This document shows, piece after piece, positions 45,011-53,158 of a DNA stretch of 64,000 nucleotides (positions are counted from its first letter, which is position 1; the number at the start of each line of letters is the position of its first letter). The position numbers were made by a program, and so were the translations under genes. This DNA is from a virus. The DNA is taken from the IMG/VR virus record IMGVR_UViG_3300042876_000344, one strand, 5' to 3'. The notes under the pieces were generated by a model, which made no database searches, was not told the DNA's origin, and was given only the letters and a program-made list of their open reading frames with translations.

Positions 45011-46996
45011 TCAACTCCTCATCATCAGTAGCCGCTTTGCCTTTGATGCCAGCCTTGGGATATGCGTCACCCGACGGCCGACTTCCCGATCACGCGCCGC
45101 AGCTTCCGCTGCGCGATTCACCTGCACCATCGTACTCGCATTCGCGCCAGGATGGCAAGCCCTATATGCCTCTACCTTGTTTTGAATGAACACGTCACGA
45201 GGGAGGGCCTCTTCCGCGAACGCGAAATTATGGACCAGATGAACTGCACTATCCAGTACGTCATCACCGTCCTGCTTCGCCGCCTCTTCCGTGTTTCCGT
45301 CCTTCTCTACCGCCGCCTGAATCCCCTGGATCAGGTTCACGCACTCAGAGAAAATCTGCAGTACCGGCAGTACTTCCTGTTTTATCTCCTCGATTGAGCG
45401 CTTGTACTCGGCGTAGGCTGTCACCCCTTGGGTGTCGATCAGGTATCGCGCCACATTCTCGTCGTAAACCGGGGCCCCAGTCAGAGGCTGCCAGCGCATG
45501 TACTCCCGCATCAGGGTGTAGCCGTGCTTCCGTTTCGCGCCACCGCCGGCCGGAATCAGCGCCAGGGCCACCCTTGCGGAAACTGCCGCATACCGCGCCT
45601 GCAGGCTCTCCCATGCTTCCTTCGGCGTCATCCCCTGTTCATCATCGTTCGGGGCGAACGCGAACACCGTGCCGGAGCCGAGCACCGCCTCCATCCCACG
45701 CTTGATCTGATCCGCCTCTGATTCTCTACCATCCCGATGGAAACAGTCGTGAGACAGGTAGACACTCATCGCATGTGATGGCAACGCCTGGAGATCCTTG
45801 TACGCCAACTCCGCAACGTGCGCGCCGGCCTCCATCGTCGATAGCCCGCGGAATTTAGATTCCTTATAGAACACGAGTTGCTTATTCGGTTTCCAACATG
45901 CCAGCGTTACGCCGGAGTCATGGCTGTAGCCCCAGTCGAACCCGATCGCCCGCGGCCACCACGGCGCCAGATAGCAGGGGTCGATGACGTGGACGGCGTT
46001 CTCCGGCTCGCTAGCGTGCCGTGTCTTCCGGAACGTCCTGAAGAATGAGCCAGCCACCACGTCGAAATCGCCCAAGCCCATGCGCTTGTACTCGATCTCG
46101 TCGAACGTCTTCATCGACTCCAGGTTCTGGATGTACTGGCTGTTCTCTTCCAGGAAGTATGGATTGTCCCAAGCTGTCGAGTGGATGGCCAGCCGCTTCG
46201 TACCGGTGATTGGGCAAACGTAGGGCTTACCGTACGGCCATGGCTCAGCGCCACCGTGCGCGTAGCGGAACCGCTTGTTGATCCAGGGGACGCCCGGGCC
46301 GTTCGGGTTCAGTGTCAGCATGACTTGGCAACGCATCTCCCGTCCGTACTTCGTGCGGTTGCGTTGCTTCAGTCGGACGTACAGCAGCTCCGTCTCGATG
46401 TGGCTGGCTTCCTCGATCACGATCCGAACGAACTGCTTGCCCATGTACTTCTGGTAGGAGTTCGGATCTGCCAGGTGGCCGAAGTACACAGCCGCCCCAG
46501 ACGGGAACTCCACCATCATTGGGTTCTCTTTGCAGTCGGCGCCGAGCTTCTTCGCGATGTCGCTGAACCGGCGGTAGTAGTCGTCGAGGTCGGTGGCGTT
46601 CTTGCGGAGCACCAGCGCCTCGTACTTCGGATGGGCGCAGTACGACACGTCGGCCGGTGTGTCGCCGACTGGGCGGAGGTTCCCCCTCAATAGAAAACCA
46701 AAGGTTGCTTCCGTCTTCGCCGACCCAGCTCCGCCGAACAGCGCGATCTCGTCGGCATCCGACGTCAACGCCTGCGCCTGCGGGCCAGGCTTGCAGCGGC
46801 AGGGGATTTTGTGCTGGTGGTGGAAGACCCGCTTGCCATCGGGCCCGATGTCGTATCCGGCGCACTTCACGTACCGCCAGGCGATCAGGTCCTCGTCCTG
46901 CGCGGCAACGTGCTGCGCGTACTCCTCGCCTTTGAGGTTGGCAAAGAGGACCTGCGGGGGCGGTGCCTTCTTGACCTTCGAGGAAATGCGGGCCAT
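45011..46996 (-). CDS. terL: terminase large subunit
   Basis: Walker A LFGGAGSAKTEAT, Walker B FVRIVIEEASH, C-terminal nuclease-type GFDWGYSHDSGV. 661 aa. First gene of the leftward operon. Confidence 0.9.
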   Translation of the reverse strand: MARISSKVKKAPPPQVLFANLKGEEYAQHVAAQDEDLIAWRYVKCAGYDIGPDGKRVFHHQHKIPCRCKPGPQAQALTSDADEIALFGGAGSAKTEATFGFLLRGNLRPVGDTPADVSYCAHPKYEALVLRKNATDLDDYYRRFSDIAKKLGADCKENPMMVEFPSGAAVYFGHLADPNSYQKYMGKQFVRIVIEEASHIETELLYVRLKQRNRTKYGREMRCQVMLTLNPNGPGVPWINKRFRYAHGGAEPWPYGKPYVCPITGTKRLAIHSTAWDNPYFLEENSQYIQNLESMKTFDEIEYKRMGLGDFDVVAGSFFRTFRKTRHASEPENAVHVIDPCYLAPWWPRAIGFDWGYSHDSGVTLACWKPNKQLVFYKESKFRGLSTMEAGAHVAELAYKDLQALPSHAMSVYLSHDCFHRDGRESEADQIKRGMEAVLGSGTVFAFAPNDDEQGMTPKEAWESLQARYAAVSARVALALIPAGGGAKRKHGYTLMREYMRWQPLTGAPVYDENVARYLIDTQGVTAYAEYKRSIEEIKQEVLPVLQIFSECVNLIQGIQAAVEKDGNTEEAAKQDGDDVLDSAVHLVHNFAFAEEALPRDVFIQNKVEAYRACHPGANASTMVQVNRAAEAAARDREVGRRVTHIPRLASKAKRLLMMRS

Positions 46997-47029
46997 TGCC
47001 TACAGCATACACCCAGATCAAATACTCTC

Positions 47030-47059
47030 TTGACTGTGCATATCATATACGAGTATCAT
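47030..47059 (+). promoter_or_regulatory. sigma70-like promoter of the rightward arm, leaderless geometry
   Basis: TTGACT (47030-47035), 18 nt spacer, TATCAT (47054-47059), then 7 nt to ATG 47067. Confidence 0.55.
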
Positions 47060-47066
47060 AGTAGCC

Positions 47067-47216
47067 ATGAAATGCTTACGGTGCGGGCACCAGTGGGTCA
47101 AGCGGGTAAAGAACCCGGTGACCTGCCCGAAATGTCGAACTCCCTACTGGCAAAAGCCAAAAAAAGAGAGTACAGTGGGGACAGTTCTCTCCTCCTCCAG
47201 GGGAGGCGGTAAATGA
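47067..47216 (+). CDS. 49-aa zinc-ribbon protein (below track cutoff)
   Basis: MKCLRCGHQWVKRVKNPVTCPKCRTPYWQKPKK... (CxxC-13-CxxC). Its TGA overlaps the ATG of the next gene (ATGA), and its 3' end supplies GGGAGG for that gene. Confidence 0.6.
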   Translation: MKCLRCGHQWVKRVKNPVTCPKCRTPYWQKPKKESTVGTVLSSSRGGGK

Positions 47217-47560
47217 GCAGACCGTCTCCCCCTTCCCTCCACACCAGCGAAAACAAAGTCGAACGCGACATCATCTGCTTCCTCCAGCAGCAGACTCCCA
47301 ACTGGATCATCGACCGGAACCACGTCGGGCTGTTCTTCAACCGCATGGGTACGCCGGTCAAGATCGGTCGGAAAGGCCAGTGCGATTGGCGAGCGATGCG
47401 CGCTGGGCAGTACTTCGAGTTCGAGGTGAAGGCGCCGGGGGAGAAGCCGAAGCCGGCACAGTACGAGTACATGGCGCTGCGCACCCACCAGGGGATTTTG
47501 GTGACGTGGGCCGATTCGCTGGAGATGTTTGAACGGTGGTATAAGGCGGTGGCACTGTGA
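47213..47560 (+). CDS. VRR-NUC-type PD-(D/E)XK nuclease
   Basis: ERDIICFL....GQCDWRAM...YFEFEVKAPGEKP..Q is a D..(n)..E.K core of typical VRR-NUC size. Confidence 0.6.
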   Translation: MSRPSPPSLHTSENKVERDIICFLQQQTPNWIIDRNHVGLFFNRMGTPVKIGRKGQCDWRAMRAGQYFEFEVKAPGEKPKPAQYEYMALRTHQGILVTWADSLEMFERWYKAVAL

Positions 47561-47976
47561 CAAGAAAATGGTTCCTCGGCTTGATAGGCCTCGGGGCGGC
47601 AGGGCAGACGACAGTCACAATCTACGCGCCCAAGGATAGGCTCTCTACAGAAAAACCAGTGGACCTGCCCGGAGCCAGTTTGTTCGAGCGCAACAACGTG
47701 ACCATCCCGTATCACACGGTCGAACATCAGCCGTACAAGCCCGCCAACGGCGAGTGCCCGGTCTGCGGGACGATGGCGCCGACGTACAGGCGGATGATGG
47801 TCAGTATGGGATTCATGGCCAAATGCAAGCCAACCCCGGGTTATCGCGCGGACGATGTAAGGACTTGGGTTGTGCAGTGCGAGGAGGTTAAGGATTGGGA
47901 CGGGCCGCAGTCTCGCACTGTTCGCTGCGCCCACTGCTCGGCGGCGTTCTGGCAGGACGCGGAGGACGTGAAATGA
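47557..47976 (+). CDS. hypothetical protein with hydrophobic N-terminus and CPVCG/CAHC pairs
   Basis: Track ORF, ATGA coupling, MTRKWFLGLIGLGAAGQ. Confidence 0.55.
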   Translation: MTRKWFLGLIGLGAAGQTTVTIYAPKDRLSTEKPVDLPGASLFERNNVTIPYHTVEHQPYKPANGECPVCGTMAPTYRRMMVSMGFMAKCKPTPGYRADDVRTWVVQCEEVKDWDGPQSRTVRCAHCSAAFWQDAEDVK

Positions 47977-48233
47977 GTAATCAGAATGGAGTGTTCCAGT
48001 GGCACCCCGGCACAGAGGATGACGGCGGCCACATCGAATGCCGTTCGTCTAGCGGCACAGTGCTGGGGCGAGTCCGCAAGATCCCTAGCCTCTGCAAGTG
48101 GGAGGATATCCCGCACGTCGGCGAGGCGTGGGTGACGCTCCACAAGCTGCACTGGGCCGAGGAAGAGGCAGTGGAGGCAATGGAGCAGTTCTGGCGCGAT
48201 GCCGTTGCGACAGTAAAGGAGATGGGCCTATGA
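47973..48233 (+). CDS. small protein, member of the phage-internal paralog family
   Basis: ATG 47973 (ATGA coupling). FQWHPG...SGTVLGRV.....HWAEEEAVEAMEQFW fits the family pattern. Confidence 0.6.
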   Translation: MSNQNGVFQWHPGTEDDGGHIECRSSSGTVLGRVRKIPSLCKWEDIPHVGEAWVTLHKLHWAEEEAVEAMEQFWRDAVATVKEMGL

Positions 48234-48439
48234 CGCACCATCTCACCTGCAACTGCGGGCGCGTGCTGCATGTGCGCACCTGCTGCGCTGCCTGCCCTAC
48301 GTGCCAGATCGTCTACAGGATAACCATTATTTCCCGCCCAATGACGGCACCCGAGCGAGCCGTCGCCGCCGCACAGTTGCGAGGCGAGCGGCTGCCGGAG
48401 CCGGAGCCGACCGTCACGGCGATGGAGGGGCTGCGGTGA
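48230..48439 (+). CDS. Cys-rich small protein
   Basis: ATG 48230 (ATGA). MTHHLTCNCGRVLHVRTCCAACPTCQ. Confidence 0.55.
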   Translation: MTHHLTCNCGRVLHVRTCCAACPTCQIVYRITIISRPMTAPERAVAAAQLRGERLPEPEPTVTAMEGLR

Positions 48440-48588
48440 CCCGCACACCCCTAGCCCCACTCGATGAACGCCCGATCCGCGTCTGGGCGCTGGTGCAAGC
48501 GATGGTGGACCTGTGCCGGCGCCGGAAGCTGAAGCTGCCGGGGAGGCCGGCGGCGGTAAAGGAGCCATGGAGGGTAGCCAAATGGTAA
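48436..48588 (+). CDS. hypothetical 50-aa protein
   Basis: GTG 48436 (GTGA coupling). It is the tail of track ORF 48301..48588. Confidence 0.4.
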   Translation: MTRTPLAPLDERPIRVWALVQAMVDLCRRRKLKLPGRPAAVKEPWRVAKW

Positions 48589-49964
48589 CCCTCCGCCCCT
48601 ACCAGCAGCAGGCAATCGACGGACTCCGCGCCGCCGTGCGGATCGGGCAGCGCCGACCGATCCTGGTGGCTCCAACCGGCAGCGGCAAGACTGTCATCGC
48701 TGCATCGCTCATCCAGGGCGCCCAGCAGCGCGGCTCGCAGATCCTGTTCATCGCCCATCGACGCGAACTCATCGCGCAGACGTCGCAGAAACTCGACGAC
48801 ATCGGCGCCGATCACGGCATCATCCAGGCGGGGAATACAAGAACCAACACCCTCCCCATCCAGGTAGCATCCGTGCAGACCATGAACCGCCGGGCATCGT
48901 GGTTCACGCCGCAGATCATCATCATAGATGAAGCGCACAGAGCACCCTCGGATAGCTATCAAAAGATAGTCAACGAATTCCCCTCCGCCGTCGTCATCGG
49001 CCTGACCGCCACCCCCTGCCGTACTGACGGCCGCGGCCTGGGGACGTTCTTCAACGCGATCGTCGAGTGCCCCGGTGTCGGCGAGCTCACCCGTATGGGG
49101 TTCCTCGTGCCGGCCGTCACCTACAGCCAGGCGCCGCCGAATCTCAAGGGAGTACACAAGCTGGCCGGCGACTACAACAACGACGAACTCGCAGCCGTGA
49201 TGAATGAGCGGAAGCTGGTCGGCAACGTCGTCGACCACTGGCGCAAGTATGCCTTCGGCCAGCCCACTATCGTCTTCGCGGTCAACATCGAACACTCCCT
49301 CGCCATCACGAAGCAATTCCTAGCCGCCGGAATCTCCTGCGAGCACATCGACGGGGGGACACCGAACGAAATCCGCGACGGGGTATTCTCCCGCGCGCTG
49401 GTCGTCAGCAACGTCGGCGTCTACACAGAGGGCACCGACGTGCCCCGTGTCTCCTGCATCGTCATCGCCCGGCCCACCATGTCCGTCGGGCTCTACCTGC
49501 AGATGGCCGGCCGCGGGCTCCGCCCCTCGCCGGGAAAGACAAACTGCATCATCCTGGACCACGGCGGCTGCGCCCGGATGCACGGGCTGGTCGGCCAGGA
49601 GCGCATCTGGACCCTGACGAACTACGCCGGCATCCGCACTGCCAATGGCCCGGCCATCGACGTGCGCGACACCATCAAGGTCTGTCCGAAGTGTTTGCTG
49701 GTCACTGATCGCGAAGCGAAGAAGTGTGAGTGCGGCTACACGTTCTCCGCCGCATCGCTGAAGTCAGTCAGCGGGGAACTGACTGAAGCGAGGGCCGTTC
49801 ACATCCCCACGGAAGATGAGAAGAGAAAGGCATACCAAAGAGCACTATGGATCCAACGAACGAAAACCAAGAAGGACGGGAGCCCATACAGCCCCCTGTT
49901 CGCGAAGATGCGGTTCAAGGCGATGTACGGGACGTGGCCGCCGAAGGAGTGGGACAGGATGTGA
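48582..49964 (+). CDS. SF2 DEAD/DEAH-box DNA helicase
   Basis: ATG 48582 with GGAGGG 7 nt upstream. LRPYQQQAI, APTGSGKT, IIIDEAHRA, GLTATPCR, YLQMAGRGLR. Confidence 0.9.
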   Translation: MVTLRPYQQQAIDGLRAAVRIGQRRPILVAPTGSGKTVIAASLIQGAQQRGSQILFIAHRRELIAQTSQKLDDIGADHGIIQAGNTRTNTLPIQVASVQTMNRRASWFTPQIIIIDEAHRAPSDSYQKIVNEFPSAVVIGLTATPCRTDGRGLGTFFNAIVECPGVGELTRMGFLVPAVTYSQAPPNLKGVHKLAGDYNNDELAAVMNERKLVGNVVDHWRKYAFGQPTIVFAVNIEHSLAITKQFLAAGISCEHIDGGTPNEIRDGVFSRALVVSNVGVYTEGTDVPRVSCIVIARPTMSVGLYLQMAGRGLRPSPGKTNCIILDHGGCARMHGLVGQERIWTLTNYAGIRTANGPAIDVRDTIKVCPKCLLVTDREAKKCECGYTFSAASLKSVSGELTEARAVHIPTEDEKRKAYQRALWIQRTKTKKDGSPYSPLFAKMRFKAMYGTWPPKEWDRM

Positions 49965-50164
49965 GCCCGTTCTACTGGAGCGGGGACATGCTGATCCTGA
50001 AAGAGACTGAACAGATAGTGGGAGAAATCCTGGACCACAGAGGATTATATGCTGTGCGGGTATGGTCAGGATACGCCGGCAGGTGGACTGAGGTGACGTT
50101 CTGGGCGACCCGACAGGCCGCCATGGCTGCTACGGAGAAGCGGTTCATGGAGTGCAAACGATGA
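49961..50164 (+). CDS. small protein, paralog family member
   Basis: GTG 49961 (GTGA). SPFYWSGDMLILKETEQIVGEI...TFWATRQAAMAATEKRF. Confidence 0.6.
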   Translation: MSPFYWSGDMLILKETEQIVGEILDHRGLYAVRVWSGYAGRWTEVTFWATRQAAMAATEKRFMECKR

Positions 50165-50388
50165 GCGGTAACGAACCAAACAGCGAACCAATCTTTTTTT
50201 GGAGTGGGGATAACCTCATCCTGAGAGAAACCGGCCAAGTGATTGGCGAAGTCGGAGAAGCCAAGATCTACGGCGCGCAAGCGTGGTCGCCCAAGACCCA
50301 GCGCTGGGATGGGAATCTGACGTTCTGGCCTACACGCGCCTTTGCCATGGCAGATGTAGAGAAGCGAGTTAAAGGAAGTCTACTATGA
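50161..50388 (+). CDS. small protein, paralog family member
   Basis: ATG 50161 (ATGA). PIFFWSGDNLILRETGQVIGEV...TFWPTRAFAMADVEKRV, clearly similar to the preceding gene. Confidence 0.65.
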   Translation: MSGNEPNSEPIFFWSGDNLILRETGQVIGEVGEAKIYGAQAWSPKTQRWDGNLTFWPTRAFAMADVEKRVKGSLL

Positions 50389-50576
50389 CCTGGGACGGCC
50401 AATATCTCCTCGACGCCAACCTCAACCGCATCGGCATGGTCTGCATGGTGGGGTATTTCTACGATTCGATCGTCTTCTTCCGGGGGCAGTTCCACCTTGG
50501 GAAGACAGCGACCAACGTTCAGGCCAAGGAAGAGTTGGAGGCGTGGTGGCGGGACGTGCAGGCGGTGAGGCTATGA
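50385..50576 (+). CDS. small protein, paralog family member (divergent)
   Basis: ATGA coupling. MTWDGQYLLDANLNRIGMV...LGKTATNVQAKEELEAWW. Confidence 0.55.
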   Translation: MTWDGQYLLDANLNRIGMVCMVGYFYDSIVFFRGQFHLGKTATNVQAKEELEAWWRDVQAVRL

Positions 50577-50782
50577 ACCGCCTTTCATGGAACGAAGAAA
50601 GCACGGGCAGCCACTTCGACGTCAGCTACGAAGCGCCTCTGCTATTTGCATGGGCGAATGGCATATATCTGGGCACCGCCACAATCGAAGACGGGACTGT
50701 TGTGCCACCACCCGCACACCCATACGGCGACAACCCGGCTGAATGGGCAGCGGCGATCGCAAAGATGGAAGGGAGACTATGA
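50573..50782 (+). CDS. hypothetical small protein
   Basis: ATG 50573 (ATGA coupling). Confidence 0.5.
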   Translation: MNRLSWNEESTGSHFDVSYEAPLLFAWANGIYLGTATIEDGTVVPPPAHPYGDNPAEWAAAIAKMEGRL

Positions 50783-50979
50783 AGCTCATACGTTTCAAGT
50801 ATCTGTATTTTGAAGATTACATTTTCGTCAACCCTAAGCATGTTCAAGCTGTATATAAATGCAGAAGAGAGGGGGCGGAGAAATTAGACGCAGCTGAAAT
50901 GATGATCGGAGGGCAGCCTGTTCCAGTAGCAGAGTGTTTGGAGTCTGTGATTAACCTGCTACAGGAGGTGACACCGTGA
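50779..50979 (+). CDS. hypothetical small protein (A/T-richer)
   Basis: ATG 50779 (ATGA). MKLIRFKYLYFEDYIFVNPKH. Confidence 0.5.
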   Translation: MKLIRFKYLYFEDYIFVNPKHVQAVYKCRREGAEKLDAAEMMIGGQPVPVAECLESVINLLQEVTP

Positions 50980-51185
50980 CCTGGTTCGACACCGGCCCAC
51001 GAATTTTCTCGCTCGACAACAACATGGGCGTAGTCTGGGAAACGCTCTACGACGGATGGCTAGGCTCTGTGACGATCAATGGCATTATTACCCGGATGCC
51101 TTGCGCCCCCAACGCCGACTCCGCCAAGAAACTCGTCGAAGACTACTGGGAGGCAGCATGGGCACTCAAGCCTCAAAAACCATGA
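50976..51185 (+). CDS. small protein, paralog family member
   Basis: GTGA/ATGA coupling. MTWFDTGPRIFSLDNNMGVV...NADSAKKLVEDYW. Confidence 0.55.
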   Translation: MTWFDTGPRIFSLDNNMGVVWETLYDGWLGSVTINGIITRMPCAPNADSAKKLVEDYWEAAWALKPQKP

Positions 51186-51433
51186 GCCCCTTCAAATGGA
51201 CCAACGACCCCTGCAAGACCGGCCGCACCTGGCGACTCTCCCTCCGCGCCACCGGCCAGATCGTCGGCCGCGTTCTCACTGAGCCGCTCGACGACGGCAG
51301 CATGGCGTTCACGGCGCTGATCTTCAAGCGTGGATGGGAATCACTTGGGAGTTATCTCACATGGCAGCAGGCAAAGAAAACAATTCAGAACGAAATCTCT
51401 GGGCGCCTGGAATCCCCTACGACAAGTGGCTGA
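51182..51433 (+). CDS. small protein, paralog family member
   Basis: ATG 51182 (ATGA). SPFKWTND...ATGQIVGRV...LGSYLTWQQAKKTIQNEI. Confidence 0.6.
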   Translation: MSPFKWTNDPCKTGRTWRLSLRATGQIVGRVLTEPLDDGSMAFTALIFKRGWESLGSYLTWQQAKKTIQNEISGRLESPTTSG

Positions 51434-51606
51434 TGATGCAGAAGCATTGCACGCCGGCCGAACTTGAAGAGTATAGGAAGGAGCAAGAACGTGCCAGAAT
51501 CACCGAATCTTCTAAACGCGATGTTCGGAAGAAATCAATGCGAGGACGACCAGTCGATCCCCAACTCCCAATACATGGGGCCGACCGCACGCTGGGTTCT
51601 GAATAA
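51433..51606 (+). CDS. hypothetical basic 57-aa protein
   Basis: ATG 51433 overlaps upstream TGA. MMQKHCTPAELEEYRKEQERAR. Confidence 0.45.
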   Translation: MMQKHCTPAELEEYRKEQERARITESSKRDVRKKSMRGRPVDPQLPIHGADRTLGSE

Positions 51607-51787
51607 AACACCAACGCCCCGCCGCTTCCCCGTCGCCATCCAGCCGCGGCGGATCATGCAGGTGCAAGCGCAGGTCAGACGGAAGAAGAAAATAGAAGAA
51701 GACAGGAAAAAGCGCATCGCGGAGTGGTTAGCAATAGAGATGTTCGGAGAGCCCGGCCGGTGCCCCTGGTGGCGGAGGTGGCTATGA
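51575..51787 (+). CDS. hypothetical basic protein (start uncertain)
   Basis: ATG 51575 inside track ORF 51464..51787. Overlaps the previous ORF by 32 nt. Its stop is coupled (ATGA) to the next gene. Confidence 0.35.
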   Translation: MGPTARWVLNKTPTPRRFPVAIQPRRIMQVQAQVRRKKKIEEDRKKRIAEWLAIEMFGEPGRCPWWRRWL

Positions 51788-52014
51788 ATAGCCCATCCGC
51801 ACCTCGTTTTACCTGGAAGACGAAAAAAGACACGCGAGTTCTATACTCCACCAGCAAAAAACAGCTTGGTGCCGTATGCCACGATCGCGCCTCATTCTAC
51901 TTGATTGCCTATGTCGGGAGGAGAGATCTCTACATCGGGAGTTATCCGACAGAAAATCGAGCCCGAGCCGCACTCATCCGGTGGTGGCTGAGGATCGTGA
52001 GGACTGAACTATGA
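51784..52014 (+). CDS. small protein, paralog family member
   Basis: ATG 51784 (ATGA). PRFTWKTKKD...KKQLGAV...IGSYPTENRARAALIRWW. Confidence 0.6.
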   Translation: MNSPSAPRFTWKTKKDTRVLYSTSKKQLGAVCHDRASFYLIAYVGRRDLYIGSYPTENRARAALIRWWLRIVRTEL

Positions 52015-52277
52015 GCGAAAGCATCACCTTCACCATCATCTACGACAGCTTCACCTGCCCGTTCTGCATGGCCAGCGTCAAAACTCCGCACAGCGGGAGG
52101 CTCCACACATGCTCGCGTTGCGGTGAGGCGTTCTGGCGCGGCGGCGTGCCTGACACCACTCAGCCCCCCGCCTGCGACAACTGCCTCTTCGCCCGCGGCT
52201 ACTCCTGCTGCGCGCACCCCACCACCATCCCATTCTCGGAGCGTCGGTGGTGCGGAGAGTGGAGGGCAGCGCGATGA
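52011..52277 (+). CDS. Cys-rich (9 Cys) zinc-binding-like protein
   Basis: Track ORF. CPFC..(14)..CSRCG..(17)..CDNC...CC. Confidence 0.55.
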   Translation: MSESITFTIIYDSFTCPFCMASVKTPHSGRLHTCSRCGEAFWRGGVPDTTQPPACDNCLFARGYSCCAHPTTIPFSERRWCGEWRAAR

Positions 52278-52495
52278 CCCCCTCCTGCACCTGCGGCCAC
52301 TGCCGCCGCTGCATCGCCCGCGAGTACCAGAAACGCCGCGGCCGTACCGTCCTGCCCACCACGTTCGAGCAGGCCGTCGAAGCACGCAAACACTCAGCCG
52401 GCCTGCTGATGTGGCCGCATATCAGCCAGTCCATCCGGACGCTGGAGGATTCCTTCCCGCATCTGCGCAATACTCAGATAGGGGACCCATGCTGA
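52274..52495 (+). CDS. small protein with N-terminal CTCGHCRRC motif
   Basis: ATG 52274 (ATGA coupling). Confidence 0.5.
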   Translation: MTPSCTCGHCRRCIAREYQKRRGRTVLPTTFEQAVEARKHSAGLLMWPHISQSIRTLEDSFPHLRNTQIGDPC

Positions 52496-52653
52496 AACTC
52501 ATCATCGAGATCCCAGCCCTCGACCGGCTCCTCGACTACCTCGAAGGCCGGGAAATTTCAACCCTCACTGCGGAGATCATCCGTCTCACCGCAAAACTCG
52601 CAACGTCCGAATCCACTCTCAAGGAGTCTATCTCAAATGGCCAACTTCGCTGA
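52489..52653 (+). CDS. hypothetical 54-aa helical protein
   Basis: ATG 52489. MLKLIIEIPALDRLLDYLEGREISTLTAEIIRL. It is the tail of the long shadow ORF 52123..52653. Confidence 0.45.
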   Translation: MLKLIIEIPALDRLLDYLEGREISTLTAEIIRLTAKLATSESTLKESISNGQLR

Positions 52654-52900
52654 ACTCGCCGCGGCAGTCGCCGCCCTCTCTGAACAGGTCGCCGCCACCG
52701 AAGGCACTGAAGCCTCCGCCGTCGCCCTCATCAACGGCTTCGCAACCCAGGTCACCACCGCCGTCGAAGCCGCCCTCACCGCCGACAACGCCGCCGATGA
52801 CGCCTCCATCGCCGCCGCCAAACAGGCCATCGTCGACGTTACCGCCCGCTTCAACGCCTCGGCCGCGGTGCTTGGCGCTGCCGTGGCGAGCAACCAGTAG
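52637..52900 (+). CDS. Ala-rich helical small protein
   Basis: Track ORF, followed directly by a strong intrinsic terminator. Confidence 0.55.
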   Translation: MANFAELAAAVAALSEQVAATEGTEASAVALINGFATQVTTAVEAALTADNAADDASIAAAKQAIVDVTARFNASAAVLGAAVASNQ

Positions 52901-52921
52901 ATTAAAACCGTATCATCTGAA

Positions 52922-52950
52922 ACCGGGGGCTGAAAAGCTCCCGGTTTTTT
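52922..52950 (+). terminator. rho-independent terminator
   Basis: ACCGGGGGC / GCTCCCGGT 9-bp stem (one G.U pair), loop TGAAAA, followed by a T6 run. Confidence 0.75.
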
Positions 52951-52951
52951 G

Positions 52952-52981
52952 TTGACATTGAGTCCTCTATTCTAATAGAGT
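52952..52981 (+). promoter_or_regulatory. promoter with overlapping palindromic operator
   Basis: TTGACA (52952-52957), 18 nt spacer, TAGAGT (52976-52981), then 6 nt to ATG 52988. A perfect inverted repeat CTCTATT-ct-AATAGAG (52965-52980) overlaps the -10. Confidence 0.5.
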
Positions 52982-52987
52982 ATCCTC

Positions 52988-53158
52988 ATGACTACCAGCC
53001 TAGCCTCCCCTCGGCAAGCAGCAGAGCACCTCGCACTCAACAAAAACACTGTCTATAAAATGATCCGCGACAAGCGTATCCCCTCCGTCAAAATCGGCAA
53101 GGCCGTCCGCATTCCCTGGCGTTGGCTCCACGCACAGGCGGAGGCGGCCGGGAAATGA
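52988..53158 (+). CDS. excisionase-family (MerR-like) helix-turn-helix protein, 56 aa (below track cutoff)
   Basis: MTTSLASPRQAAEHLALNKNTVYKMIRDKRIPSVKIGKAVRIPWRWL... matches the Xis/AlpA-type HTH_17 pattern. Its TGA overlaps the next ATG. Confidence 0.65.
   Translation: MTTSLASPRQAAEHLALNKNTVYKMIRDKRIPSVKIGKAVRIPWRWLHAQAEAAGK

Noticed and set aside
47098-49316. Long minus-strand ORFs 47098..47934 (278 aa) and 48414..49316 (300 aa)
   Set aside because: They are antisense to well-supported + strand genes (VRR-NUC, helicase with all SF2 motifs). R/G/P/H-rich translations are typical of off-frame reading in GC-rich DNA.
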